Origin: Octopus vulgaris
Lineage: Eukaryota
Direction of reading: 5' to 3'
Assembly (NCBI GenBank): GCA_951406725.2
Contig: OX597818.1
Coordinates: 23,808,001 to 23,872,000 of the forward strand
DNA length: 64,000 nt
Part shown: positions 27,467 to 42,400 of the stretch, piece by piece
Layout of the letters: every line of letters starts with the position of its first letter
How positions within the stretch are numbered: position 1 is the stretch's first letter
Made by a program: the position numbers and the translations under genes
The notes under the pieces: model-generated
What the model saw: only the letters and a program-made list of their open reading frames with translations
What the model was told of the DNA's origin: nothing
Databases searched by the model: none

Positions 27467-30400
27467 CTGAAATTCATAATCAATAACACAAGTCAATAAA
27501 CAGTAGTGGTTATACAACTACAACAACAGGAAATTTCAATAATAATAATCAAATCTAACATTTGCACAAGATTACATACACTACCGTCAGAAATTAATTA
27601 GCACCCTTGATTTGCTCTTCACTCAAGGTATGTGCTGTCACCTAGTGGCCATATCTCGAACTATTGCTTTGTTGCGAGTTCACTGTTGCGCAGAACGATG
27701 ACGTAACTTTGTTTGCAGAGCAGTTTGAGAGTCTACAGCCTTATGATGTTGACATAGCAGTGCAACAACAACTTGGAGTGCGGATGCAGACAAATCTTCC
27801 TTTGTTTAATAGATATAGGTAGCACCTCGAAAGGACCGAAATCACACCATACTAAGTTTTCTCATCGCGTAAGACGTTTTGAACAGCTCATAGGTTAATT
27901 GATTTAACCTATTTAATGTAGAAATTTGAGAAGTGCTAATTAATTTCTGACGCAAGTGTAAATTAGTAAAGGAGAGCTACTGTATATTAAATGACCCCAA
28001 AGTAAGCCTGGCATTTATTGTACCAATCACGTCACCAAGAAAAAACAGGCAAATTCATGATGTGATTAGCACTAAAGATATACAGTGATCCCTCGTTTAT
28101 CGCGGTAGATTGGTTCCGAGACCAGCTGTGATAACTGAATTTCTGCGAAGTAGGGAAACCATATTTACAGTATTTATTTAACGTGTATTTGGACTTTTAA
28201 AACCCTCCCTGTACTGTTAACAGCCCACCCATTACAGTAGTCTATTAATAACAAGGACAACTGTTAAGCAATAACACTTTAGATTTAAAAAAATAAAGAT
28301 TGTTACTGTTACACAGGCCAGATTACAAAATAGAAAGCTGTGATTCGTTGTCTCCATTGCACCAATCACAGCCCGTCTTAAGTTCAAATACCCCTGTATA
28401 TGCTTTTTTGCTATTTTACGCTTGTTTTGTTGTTCCTAGACTAGGAAATAATATTTATTATTAATATTTTAATGGATTTAATGAAAAATTTTAGGCATTC
28501 ATATATATATATATTTTAAAAATCCGCGAAGTCGTGAATCTGCGATAGTTGAACCATGAAGTAGCGAGGAATCACTGTAAAGTGAATGAAACTAAATACT
28601 TTAACCGTTTTGACACCAATCCACCTGAGACCACCCCCAGTTCTAAGATACAAACTTGGTGTTTTAAAGTGATTTAAGTTAAAATCTTCCATCAAAATTT
28701 CATGTTAATTTATGTTCCAAACAAAGATTAATAAGCTCCAATCACTCACTGCACTCTCTCTCTCTTTCCTTCTTTCAGTCTCTCTCTCTCTCTCTCACAT
28801 ACACACACACAAGTATACACACAAAACATTATTCATTGTAGTATGAATACAACATATTTAGGTGGAAATTTGTGAACTTGAACTGAAGATAATATCCGTA
28901 GTGTCCAAATCTTCAACTAAATCTGAAATTAAAAGTGACTTGATATTAAGAGTAACTTGAATCTAACCAAGTAAAAAGTAAGTCATACCCACCATTCTCT
29001 AAAGCCCTCTGTACCTGCTGCTTGCTTGGGCCTCCATGCTTTCCAGTCAATGCATCATATTTCCATAGTAACATCTTTTTATGTGCTTCAAGATTGGAAA
29101 CGGACATCTTACACAACATTGTTTCAAGAAGTTCTAGGATGACAGCAGATTCTAAAGGAAAAGAAGAATTTAAATATAAGTATACAGGCAGGGAAACAGA
29201 TAATCAGAAAAAATATATAATTCATCATTATAATCATTTAGCATCCATTTTCCATGCTAGCATAAATAAAATGATTTGACTGGGGCTGATAACGACGCGG
29301 GACTCTGTCGAGGCCCCGCGATCGGAATGAGTACACTTCAAATCCGTTAACGAGGATCGACCGGAGGGCAAGTCTGGTGCCAGCAGCCGCGGTAATTCCA
29401 GCTCCGGTAGCGTATATTAAAATTGTTGCGTTTGAAAAGCTCGTAGTCGGAATTCGGGTCTCGAAAACGTGCCCCAGCACGTTCGGGGCGACGGCGCCGT
29501 CGCAGGCGCGCTTCTGGCGCGTCCGCTTCGGTCGTCCGTTCGCACTCCCGGCCCTATTCGCCGGTGCGTGCGCGGTCGGGCCGCGGAGCTCTGCTCGCGT
29601 CGCCGCCGCGACTCGGCACCCCGTCCAGCGCTCGTCTTCGCCCGCGTTTCAGCTTGGTTTCTATGACTGGATGCCCTTCCTAATGCCAACTACTCCACAG
29701 TATATACTGTGTATCTTTTATGTGTCGCTAGTACAGGTACTTTTTATGTGCCACCAGCATGGGTACCTTTTACATATCAACAGCAAGGGTGCCTTTTCAA
29801 CAAATAAATAAAAATAGGCATTATGAACCTCCCTAGAATTTTGCATGATTTGGGTCAAAAGTGGTGTTAGTTTTCTTCAGTTGGTGGTGACAATTTAAAA
29901 AAAAAACTTAAAGGTTATTTTTCCCTACTTATATGAAATTGTTCATTGACTTTATATATATATATATATTCATTGTGTACTTTCCATGATGGTAAGATCA
30001 ACAAAAAAGTACTCCATCTGGTGAGAGATAGATAGTATTTTATAGACATAAAACATGTTTTTATGTGCTATTAATAGATTCTTGTGCTGAGAACATGCCA
30101 AAACAATGCATACCCTGCATGCACATAAATTCTTTCGCAAAAAATCTGCACAGTCAAAACGTTTTGATTCACCAGGCCGCCAGCTTTGAAGATAATCAAA
30201 CCAAAATTTAATGAGTTCAAACCACTTAGCCAATGAGTATTTCTGCCAAATTTGGTGAAAATCCATTCAGCTGTTTTCCAGTAATTTTACAGACAAACAG
30301 ACAAAGATAAGCAACTACAATACTCTGCTTTTGCTCACGTGCACAGGGTAAGAGTAAATGCACTCAAATATTACACATCCAAAAGAAAATGCCTACACAT

Positions 30401-33400
30401 TAAACATACCTAAAGGTTTCAGTGGTGGTGCTGGTAATCCCATTAACACACATGCCAAATAATCATAAATGTCTTTGTAATTAACACCATTTGTCTTCTC
30501 TGAATGTTTTGGAACTTCATTGTTACCAATCAGTGACATTAACTAAAAGAAAAACCATAAAAAAACAATATTTTAGAAAGGCTTAGTATTTAACAAGTAA
30601 CTAATACATGCTTGTTAAGTATAAAACCTGTGGTGTTTGATGTTAAGTGGGAAAGAAAGTATTGACATTAATGTCTTTGACAAAAGCTGTTAGCAACATA
30701 ATGAAGTGGTTCATACTAGAAAAAGAAACAGGTTTGCAGGCTCAGTTTCTGAAAACTTACCACTTTCTAAGAAAACCTGTTAATTATAATAACTTACTTA
30801 TAATAATATTATTATAATAACTTAGCACAAGACTTCAATTTTACAGCAAAGCATTTTATTTATTTGACCTAATTAAAGTTATTTCCATCAAGATTTGGAT
30901 TCAAATGTGACAAAAAGTCACAAGTTCAATTACCACTCACAGTTGATTTTGTTTTCAACCCTATTGGGGGGGGGGGCAAAAATACCAGTACTGTACTGAC
31001 AGTCTGTATAGTACCAGTACAACTTACTACACATCTCTTCTACAAACATGTGACCTTGTGTAGAAGAATGGCATTACTTTGCCTTAAATTTTTTTACAGA
31101 TTTCACCAAACAGATAGAACAAAGAGAAAATGATAGACTCTCCCATAGAAGACAATGTATGAGCGTTCAGCTTTTGCCAAATGACCTGCACAAATGATTT
31201 GTTAATAGTGATCAAATATTCATGCTGCCCAATAGCTCACTCTCTCCATCAAATCAATGTTGTCTGATCAAGTGCACGGTGTACATGTCAAGTGTCAAAG
31301 TGATTGCAGAGTAACGTGAGATAAAGTATTTTACTCAAGAACAAAGCACACCGACTGGTCTAGGAATTGAAATCACGACCGCAAGATCATAAGTGCAACA
31401 CCCTAGCCACTAAGCAATTTCAAGAAAGATGTAAGTCGATTACATCAACCTCAATGCCCAACTGGTACTTATTCTACTGACCTCAAAAGGATGAAAGATA
31501 AAGTTGACCTCAGTAGAATAAGAACTCAGAATGTAGAGATGGAAGAAATACTGCTAAGGTATGTGTAATGATTCTGCCAGCTTGCAGCCTCATTATTATT
31601 ATTATTATTATTGAGTTCAAATTCCGCCAAAGTCAACTTTGCCTTTCATCCTTTCAGGATCAATAAAGTACCAGTTGTGTACTGGGGTCAATATAATCGA
31701 CTATCTTCCTCCCCCAAATTTCAGGCCTTGCGCCTATAGTAGAAAGGATTATTATTATTATTATTATTAATAATAATAAGTTTTGTGGGGAGGGAACTAG
31801 TCAATTACATTGACCCCTGTACACAACTGGTACTTATTTCATTGACCCCAAAAGGATGGAAAGCAAAGTTGACCTCAGCGGAATTTGAACTCAGAACATA
31901 AAGACAGATGAAATGCTGCTAAGCATTTTGTCCAGTGTGTCAACAATTCTGCCAGCTTGCTGCCTTAATAATAACAGTAATAATGATTTCAAATTTTGCC
32001 ACAAGGGCAACAATTTTGGAGGAGAGGATGAGTCAATTACATCAACCCCAATGTTCAACTGGTACTTATTTTATTGACCCCGAAAGGATGAAAGGCAAAG
32101 TTGACCGTGGTGGAATTTGAACTCAGAACATAAAGACAGATGATATTCCATTAAGCATTTTATCCAGCATGCTAACAATTAATTCATTCATTCATTCATT
32201 CATTCATCCATCATCAGCAGCAGCAGCAGCAATAGTAATAATAATGATAAAATTCTGAAAAATGGTGCTGATTCTGCCTGCCACTTTTGGGATGCAACCA
32301 GACAAACAATTGACCACCTCAAATGAGCATATTAATTGCTATGGTAAACTTGGTCAATATTTGCACTGGAACATATACCATAAGTCTGGACATTTGAGAA
32401 GAACTGGTGGGAATATAAGCCTGCCACATTAGTAGAAAATAACAATATCACCATCCTTTTGGACTTAGTATTCAAACAGGTTGTGCTATTCAGGCCAATA
32501 GACAGGATATTGCGATAAAAAAATCACACTGACAAAACACGTCTGCTCATAGGTATATTAATCCTAGCACACAGTAACACTTCTGTAAAAGCATTTGAGA
32601 AGTTAAGTAATTACAAGGACCTTGAAATAGGGACCTCAAAAATGTGGCATCTAAAAACAACAATTGTACCTGTGATCATAGCTTTGGGGACAATATCAAA
32701 TGGTACTCTTAAACATCATCGTCATTTAACGCCTGTTGTCCATGCTGGTATGGGCTGGATGATGATCAAATACCAGGAAACTCAAAAGTATCAGAAACTA
32801 CAAAAAATTATTCTCATGGGCACTACCCACATCCTGATTCTCTTAAAACGTTTTCAAAATTGAAATATTACAAACTTAACAGAATCTTAGTTCTCAGATT
32901 CTGGTCTCATTTCCCTAAATTGAATCATTGCTAATTATAAATAATGCCCATAGCAAAACATCCTAATTGCTGTTACTTGGATTTCTGGGTGAGGCAAAGA
33001 ACAGCTCATACAAAACAAAGCAAAAACATAAATAAATTGATTAATTACTTAATCGTCAACAGTAAAAACAACAATTCAAAACTAAAGAGTTACCTTTCCA
33101 ATCATCAGAGAGGTGTTATCATGTGCTTTATCACCAATTATGTCATACATCAACTGTGACCAAAGCTGTAACAAAATAAAAAAAAAATGGATAGTGACAC
33201 ATATCTTTCTGAAAAATTATTATTATTATTATTATCTAATACCTGATTTGGAAAATTTTCCCATTGTTTGTGGGATGAACACAATGTCGACTGAAAACTA
33301 AAATAAGTGTTTACAAATCTTGTATTTTCTAAACACACTTTTGTATGGGGCAGAAGCATGAACTCCTTACTACAGATATATAAAGAAACTTGAAACATTC

Positions 33401-36400
33401 CACATGTGCTGTTTGTGCAACATATATGCAACATAAAATGGCAAGATAAGATATCCAATGCCAAAACCTTAGAAAAATGTGGTATTTCCAGTATCCAAAG
33501 CATGCTGCCAAGAATTCAGTGCAGATGGGTAGGACACGTTGTTCAAATGAAAAATGACCGCATTCCAAAAATTCTTCTGTATGACCAACAAGTAGAAGGA
33601 TACTACAGCAATGGAAGACCTATCCTTAGACTTAAGGATAAATTGAATCACTAAAATCTCTACAGCTTAACTTGACATCTTGGGAAAATCATTGCCTAGA
33701 TCAATCAGTATGGCATAAAATGTGTCATGACACATCCAAGCAATTTGAGTTGAAAAAAAGAACAACAGAAGCACTATATCCTGCAACCAACAGACACACT
33801 TGCCCAATCCAGGGCGAAACCAAAATCATTAATGTCCCTATTGCAACTTCATAGCAAAATCCATACTTGAACTCAAATTACATTTATGCATCCATCGCAA
33901 ATAGATGCAGCATTTTAGTGAGGTTTTTTTCTTTTCTTTTCTACTACTTACTTTAAGTCCTCTCCTTCAAACACTCATACGTCGAAAGTGACAGGAGAGA
34001 CCATCATTATAATAATAAATAGCAGTTGAAAATCTAGTGAAGAAAAAATGTTTGTTACTTACATTAATACAGTCAATATACTTGAACTCAGGATTGCAAT
34101 TCTTAATTTCTAAAATAGAAATGAGAGACATTTAAAATTATATAATCCTAGATAGATTTACCTGAAACAGAAAGGTTGGTCATAGATGTCATGCTTTCAG
34201 TTGAAAGTATGTTTGATCAGAGCTGAATTCGGACTCAACAACAACACTGCTACTAAAAAATATTATATCGCAAAGCTATTATGTTTCACTGCCTTACACG
34301 AGTCCCAGGCCCCGCTGGCTCCGGCTGACAGTACTCGGTATGGACCCCTATCCAGGGTTACGGAAAGGAGACAACCTTCAAAGAAATCCGGAGTGGAGCC
34401 CCGTAGGCGATTTATTGTTCGACTTGACACTCTTCCAGCAGCTCCTGCAACCAAGCTGGTACCAAACATAATGCTCTGCACACCTTTGGACTACGTCAGC
34501 AAGGTCAAGAGAGGAATCCTGATGATTGGGCTACCCAGGATTTTCTTACATCTTGCTCAGGTCAGCACAAAACTGGAGAGGAGATTGGAGAGGACATGAA
34601 ATGTAAAAACCAGACTGGATTAGTTTATGCACAACTCCATTGTCTCCCGAGACAAAAGGACGCCAACAATATTATGTTTCAATACTTCATTTATCATTAA
34701 CCTATTAAAAAAGTTCAGATGACTGTACTGATTGAGTAGCAAACAATATGCTGAGAACTAAGTAACTACCATCTTATCAACAGCATTGGTTTATGTCTGT
34801 AGCTAAGACACTTAACATTCATATATCCCTGTCTATCTAATGCTAGAGGTTCAGCAGAGTAGGAACAAGTCACAGCTACTAACAATGATATTCATTCATT
34901 TGATTTTACATTCATTTTTCCACACAAGCATGGGTTACAGAAATATGTAACTGTGGCATTAGTTTACAGCCAGATGTCCTTCCTAGCACAAAGTTAGCAG
35001 TCAGTTTGCTCAGAGAGGAAATGACAAAGTCACTACTTATACTCAGTGATTTTCAGAGAACACAAATGTAAACACACACACACACACACATGCACACATG
35101 CACATTATCGCCATCATCATCAATTTAAAGTCCACGTCCCTATGCTCACATGAGTAGGATGGAATTTGTTAAGGCAGATTTTTTATCTGGATGCTCTTCC
35201 TGCAGCCAACACGTTCAGACATGTTTTCATAGATTAGGAACAAAGTGCACTGCTTACAACTATCACATGATGTCAAGACCAAGAGACAGTAACACACAAT
35301 GATAATTACATTCACAAAAGACATTGGTACTTACTTGTATATGATTCTCGGCTGTGGTGCAACCTCTTGATAAAACAGTCAATCTAAAGAGAGGTAAAGT
35401 ATATATAATACTAAAAAAAGGTTAGAGTATTTATACTTCAAAAGTTAACTCATCAATTCATACTTCACAAAGTTTCATAATTTATTAAAAGATTTTTAAG
35501 TCTGATTAAGCAAACACAGTTTAACACAGTATGTTGAATGACTAGGAGTAACTAGTGCTCAAGATAATACTGCACCTACAAGAAGACCATACAACATACC
35601 ACAGGACACTGTGGTTACAGTCACTGTTGTTTATCCACCAGACCAACCCTACTCAGACAAACCTAGGATCAAAGATATTCAAGTCATAATTATTCCATCA
35701 AATACAGGTGCAGCTAGAAATATCATATCCAACATGTGCTTTTCTTTTTCAGTAAGGAATAATATGAGAGTGATTTCCAGTATGTCTAGCAACAATCTCC
35801 ATACTTAGTTGGTTAGAACTCTAGTCTAGTAAACTGAAGGTTGAGCATACAAATTTCTCTGAAGTCTTCAATTCCGAATTTATATGCAGTCGTTATTGTA
35901 TAGGGTACAGTATGACAAACTAGGCATGTCTATTCTCTTTCCTATCCAGTCTATTCTTTCATATATATATGTACCGTCCAACCCATGCTAGCATGGAAAG
36001 CGGACGTTAAACGATGATGATGATGATATATATATATATTAATAATAATGGTAAGACAACAAAAGAATGAAAGAGACCTCAATATTATGTAAATAGAGGA
36101 ATTTATCTGTAATATAATATGTGACAATTATTCAGTTACCATAATAAAACTCTGAGTTTTAGATGTCGGGCGGAAACCTGCACCGGCATCTCTTCAGTTA
36201 TCGAGGTAATCAAAATATGCTATGGAAATTACCATAAAACAAAGGGAAATTACTATATAATTGACTGTTATTAAAACAAAAAAGCTATTAGAATGACTGT
36301 TAAATAAGAGAAAAAACTGAAGGGGAGGAAGTAAAAAGTAAAGGAGTAAAAATGCTCATAGAAATCGCATATGCGCGCATGTACATACATACATACACAT

Positions 36401-39400
36401 GCATGCCCGCACACCCACATACATGTGCCTATATGCATATGCTCACTCATACTCGCATGAAACACACACATGTGCACCTACACACACCAAAAAATGCATA
36501 TACATATGCAACCATGCATGTACACATACATATCCACACACACGCATGCACACACACACGTGCACATTCCCATACCTGCAAACAAGCACACACACATACG
36601 CATGATAGAACTTGATTCTTATATTGTGTCCATGTACAAGCGATTGCTATGAGCATTTTTACTCCTTTACTTTTTATTTCCTCCCTTCAGTTTTTTTCCT
36701 TTTCCCTTTGTTTAATGGTCATTTCCATGGCATATTTTGATTGCCTCGATAACTAAAGAGATGCTGGTGCAATAGTAATAATGATAACCAATAGTAATAA
36801 TGATAACCAATAGTAATAATGATAACGAAGCAGTCGAATACATTAACAAACCCAAAAGATATATTAAAAGAAATGGAAAAATAACTGATGAAATTATTTG
36901 GTTTAACCAGGTCTTCAATTCACACGTGAAATTCAAAATAGGCCAGGAATTTTTCACAGCATTAGATAGACACTTTCCAAGATCTTCCAAATATCACTAT
37001 ATCGAATTTAGTTGTGATACCATTATCTTTCTTGTATATTTGATATGAGAGGGGACTTGTACGCTACATCTAGCAGGTCAGACTATCATAAGAATTCCTT
37101 ATTGGCAGGAATCAATAAATTAAGGATCAACAATATACTGAGCCTTAATGAACCAATCATTTCCTTTTCTATCACCAAAATGGCTCTTTCACGTAGAAAA
37201 AAGTAAACATTTTCTCCTCACATACATGTGTGTATAGGCGCAGGAGTGGCTGTGTGGTAAGTAGCTTGCTAACCAACCACATGGTTCCGGGTTCAGTCCC
37301 ACTGCGTGGCATCTTGGGCAAGTGTCTTCTGCTATAGCCCCGAGCCGACCAATGCCTTGTGAGTGAATTTGGTAGACGGAAACGGAAAGAAGCCTGTCGT
37401 ATATATGTATATATATGTATGTGTGTGTCTGTGTTTGTCCCCCTAGCATTGCTTGACAACCGATGCTGGTGTGTTTACGTCCCCGTCACTTAGCGGTTCG
37501 GCAAAAGAGACCGATAGAATAAGTACTGGGCTTACAAAGAATAAGAGCCGGGGTCGATTTGGTCGACTAAAGGCGGTGCTCCAGCATGGCCGCAGTCAAA
37601 TGACTGAAACAAGTAAACGAGTATGTCTGCATGTGTTTGTGAAAACAGCAGGGTATTAGTGAGCACCCAGCAAGTTGTGTTTGCTATCTGATTGAGTAAT
37701 TTAACTTCAGTTATGCCTTCAGGCCCTTGAATTTGGCAATAATCTATTTCTTTACTACCCACAAGGGGCTAAGCACAGAGAGGACAAACAAGGACAGACA
37801 AACGGATTAAGTTGATTATATCGACCCCAGTGCGTAACTGGTACTTATTTAATCGACCCCAAAAGGATGAAAGGCAAAGTCGACCTCGGCGGAATTTGAA
37901 CTCAGAACATAACGGCAGACGAAATATGGCTACGCATTTCGCCCGGCGTGCTAACGTTTCTGCCAGCTTGGGACTTTTGTCAGACTATCATACCCATGGC
38001 AAACCACACTGAGATAAACTTTTCAACAGAGATGAGACATTACCAGCGTCATCTTCATGCAAATAATCATAATGACGATGATCACAGGGAGGATAATGAT
38101 GCTACTGCGTGCATGTGTGTGAGACAGAGAAAGAAAGAGAGGCTTCTGCACAGTTTCCAGTGTACAAAATTACACTTCCTTACAGGGTATATGCCAGAAA
38201 ACACTTGCCCATAGAGATTAAATGCACACTGCATAGTTGTGAAAGGAATATCTAAACTACATAGACATATTCTGCTGACAAAGTTTTTATCAAGATAGCT
38301 ACTGTCATCATTTCTATATTACCTTTGCTTACTCTCACTATTACCATAACTTGATGCTTCCTGCTTCCGCTGGGCATCTGATGTTACCAGAGATGTTAAA
38401 AAGGAAACATAAACTTTAGTAATACCAAATGTCCAACCCATGCTAGCATGGAAAACGGACGCTAAACGATGATGATGAAATCTCCTCTCAGACAAAAATG
38501 CACACTAATGGTAGATGGCAAAAAACACTATATAATTGATAAGTGTTCTGTTAACAGGAACAAAACCAATGCAAGAAGTGATGTTGCAAGAATAATTACT
38601 GCTGCTAATATGTTTATATTAAATTTATAGAGACCATGACTTCAATAGCAACAGCATTAAGTAAGATGAAACACCACATAAGAATCCTACACCAATTATT
38701 TTCCATTGCATACACTGACAATGTCGACCTACTGACTAGTACAACAAGATAAATGCTAAAACAAATGACTAAGCTAAATCTTAGTAGGTTTCTTGTAACA
38801 AGACAGGAAATAAGCTATAACAGTAGGAAATTAAGGAAGCTAAGTTTTGTTGGCTAAACTCGCAATTCCATTAAAACAATGCATGCATACATTATATTAC
38901 ATACAAACATACATACATTACATAGATACACAAATACATGCAATACATACACACACACACAGAAAGAGAAATTGAGAGCAACAGAGAAAGAGAAATTGAG
39001 AGCAACATAAAATATAAGAAAAAAAAACTAATATGAAACAGAAAAAATACAATATATTACCATAAAAATGGTACCCATGTCCAACTAGATATGGTAAAGA
39101 AACAGATTATTCAATAAAAACACACTAATGATATCTTTGATGCAACAGAGAAGCAGCTGCATGCCAGGATCAGATGGTTCTTATTCAGGTTACCCTCAAG
39201 TCCTCAATGGCAATCCTCAATGAACATTTGGTATTATGGTGCCACAAATTGGTCTCCCTCTCAATGATAATCCAGTTGTAATCAGCAGTTTCAATTCAGA
39301 AATAAGCCATATGTTAAGGTCACATAATTGTCAATTAGTTACATGAGGGCCATGTGATATGAAAGAGTCCTGCTGGAATGTGTCCAATTTTCCTTGAGCC

Positions 39401-42400
39401 AATCTCTCAATCAAGGCTTGACAAGCATGTTTGGTACCTCAATGTAAGCAATGGCATTGACTCTGAGGCCCTTAGTAGAAGAAGTGAGGTAGTGTAACAT
39501 GGCTGCCATTGCTCATTAAGCAGGAATTTGATACGCAAGAACATCTATGAAGTCTACACAGAACCACCAACTATTCATTCTGTTCCTTTTCTGGTTCTGG
39601 GTAAAGTTCTTCACATCAATGAAGAAACTGAGCATGATGCTTTCTCAGAACAAACTTGAGCTTGTTCAACATACATTTTTACTAAAGAACCCTATTCTGC
39701 AAAGTTTTTCTGGACATGAACCGCTCTCCCTGCATCACATACAACTGATAGTAAACTTCACTGCTCAGTAATTACCCTCATCAATTTGGATGACGTCCCA
39801 CTGAGAATGTTCTTTCTTTTGACCAAGAACAAATCCCCAACAGTGACCTCCAGCTCTTTTCTGACCTTGAACAGGAATGACCAAGTCACATTCAAAAAGC
39901 CAGTGATCTCCAAGTTACTGTTGCTAGAACCATAAATACAATGTGTCTTTTCATTTGACACAAACCATATAACATTGTCTTCATTTATGGATCACTGAAG
40001 TTAAGTTCACATATACCTGATACACCCTGGGTGTGTATGGATAATGCTGTGTCTATATTTTAAAACAGTGAGTCGAACAGAAGAAATTTTGTTTCATTAA
40101 ATGAAAGAGCTTGATTTAAATTTATGTCAAATGATATTTTTTTTTTTACTAACAGTGTTTCATTTCTCTGACAGTAATTTTTTTATTTTTTATTTTATCT
40201 TTTTAATTAAATAATCATACTGCACAGAAGAACCAGCATGGCTGTGTGCAAAAAGGTGACTGAGATGCTTTTATCCTCTGCCTTCCCCTTCTTCCAGCCT
40301 CTCTTTCTTTGAAACCTTCTCCTCGTGGTTTCTTCACCATCTTAACACCTTCTCAGCACCCTGCCTCTACAACTCTTGTATTCTTTGTCACAGACTTTCT
40401 TTCTCCACGATTCCACCTTCTCTTCAACACTCTCTTTGTCTCTATATTTTGCACGATTTTTTCATTTCCACCCACTAATATTCACCCATTTTATGAGGGA
40501 TTGCATAAGATATCCTTCTCATAACACTCATACATCTCCCTCTCTCTCTCTCTCCGCCACTATTCTTTCTTTTTCATTACTCCCTAGTCATTACTGTCTC
40601 TTCTGTTACCCCCCTTCTCTACCATGTTCTGTCAACAGTAGTTAATCTGCTTTTCTCCTCATATTTCATCTCCTTTTAACACCTGAATTTCTTCCTCTTG
40701 ACCAAGAACAATAAATCCCCAACATTGACTTCCAGCTCTTTCCTGACCTTGAACGTGAATGACCAAGCTACATTCATGAAGCTAATGATCTCCAAATGAC
40801 TGCAGCTAATAGCTAGAGCAATAAACGCAATGTGCCTTTTCATTTGGCACATGCCATATAACGCTATGCTTGGTCATCTTTCCTTTATAGCCCACTAACA
40901 CCAGCCACTCAGTAAAGTGGTTTTTTGTTGTTGTTGTTGTTTTGTTTTGTTCCTTCTCGAGCCATGCCTGGCTCATAAGGGCCGGTTTCCCAGTTTCTTG
41001 GCGTATAGGTTCCCCACCTTGACGGGACGCCGGTCCATCGCAGGTGAGCTGCAAGATGCAGGAGAAAAGAGTGAGAGAAAGCTGTGGCGAAAGAGTCAGC
41101 AGAAGTTTCGCCATTACCTTCTGCCAGAGACGTGTGGAGCTTAGGTGTTTCGCTCATAAACACACACATCGTCCGGTCTGAGATTCGAACCCGCGATCCC
41201 TCGACCGCGAGTCCGCTGCTCAAATCACTAGGCCATGTGCCTCCACAGTAAAGTGACTGACGACAGGAAGGTCATCCAGCCATAGAAACTAAGCCAAAAC
41301 TAAGATGAACGAACGAGCCGCCAACGTGTAGAAAGGTGGGCGGTAACTCTATATAAGAACCCGGACCATAGCGAACCATCCAACCAGTTAATTGTTGAAG
41401 GGAGACAATTCCTACTTAAAGGGAAACAATCAGCCTGCAAGGTAAGTACGAGACAGAAAGAGAGACGGGTGACATTGGCTGACATGTTTGTTGTTGTTGT
41501 TGAGTTGGTTATTTTATAAAGTTACCTTTATTTTATAAAGTGTTGTTAATCATTTAACACTAGTAGCGCTGTGTATAACATTAGGTAGGCGCAGACGTGG
41601 CTTTGTGGTAAGAAGTCTACTTCCCAACCACATGATTCCGAGTTCAATCCCACAGTGTGGCAACTTGGGCAATTAATTTCTACTATACTATAATTTTTGG
41701 CTGACCAAAGCCTTGTGAGTAGATTTGGTAGACAGAAACTGAAAGAAGCCCGTTGTATATGTTTTTGTGTGTGTATCTTGACATCACGTGATAAAGGGTG
41801 AAGAGTAAAAGTGTAAATGCCCCTTCGGTTACCATCCAAGGTACAAGTCTGGGCAAAGTTGTTTATGGAAGACCAGTAGTCGCCCATGCATACCAGCCTC
41901 CCCTCTCCACACTCCCTATGTTGTCCAAGGGAAAGGCAAAGGTCAATATAGCTTGGCACCAGTGACATCACAACTCATTTCTACAGCTGAGTGAACTGGA
42001 GCAATGTGAAATAAAGTGTCTTGCTCAAGAACACAACACACAGCTCAGTCTGGGAATCGAACTTACTACCTCATGATTGTGAGCCTGATGTTTCACATGA
42101 TAGTTGTAAACAACTGTCACCATAATGCAAGAAGTGTCCTTCATTTCAAATGTTGTGAAAACATGTCTGGTTATGAGGGAAATATTACTTTGCTTCAAAA
42201 CAAATGAGGGTTGGTGAAAGAGGATCTGGTCATAGAAAATCTGCCACAACAAATTCCATTCAGCTATTACAAGCATGGAAAAGTGAATGTTAAAACGATG
42301 ATGATGAGTAGCAGAGGAACATTAATGAATACAGATGGATTCAAAGTCACTTACACCACCTCCACTAAAAACAAAAAAATTATGAGTCCTGAATGAAAAA

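Noticed and set aside
29238-29811. Four overlapping GC-rich ORFs
   Set aside because: Spurious frames across the 18S rRNA fragment.
37236-37310. tRNA-like A/B box sequences (also 23577, 41170-41245, 46710)
   Set aside because: SINE heads followed by SINE bodies; no complete cloverleaf.
38322-38377. Exon-like segment on the minus strand within a SNAPC2 intron
   Set aside because: Weak acceptor and phases incompatible with the phase-0 intron it lies in.
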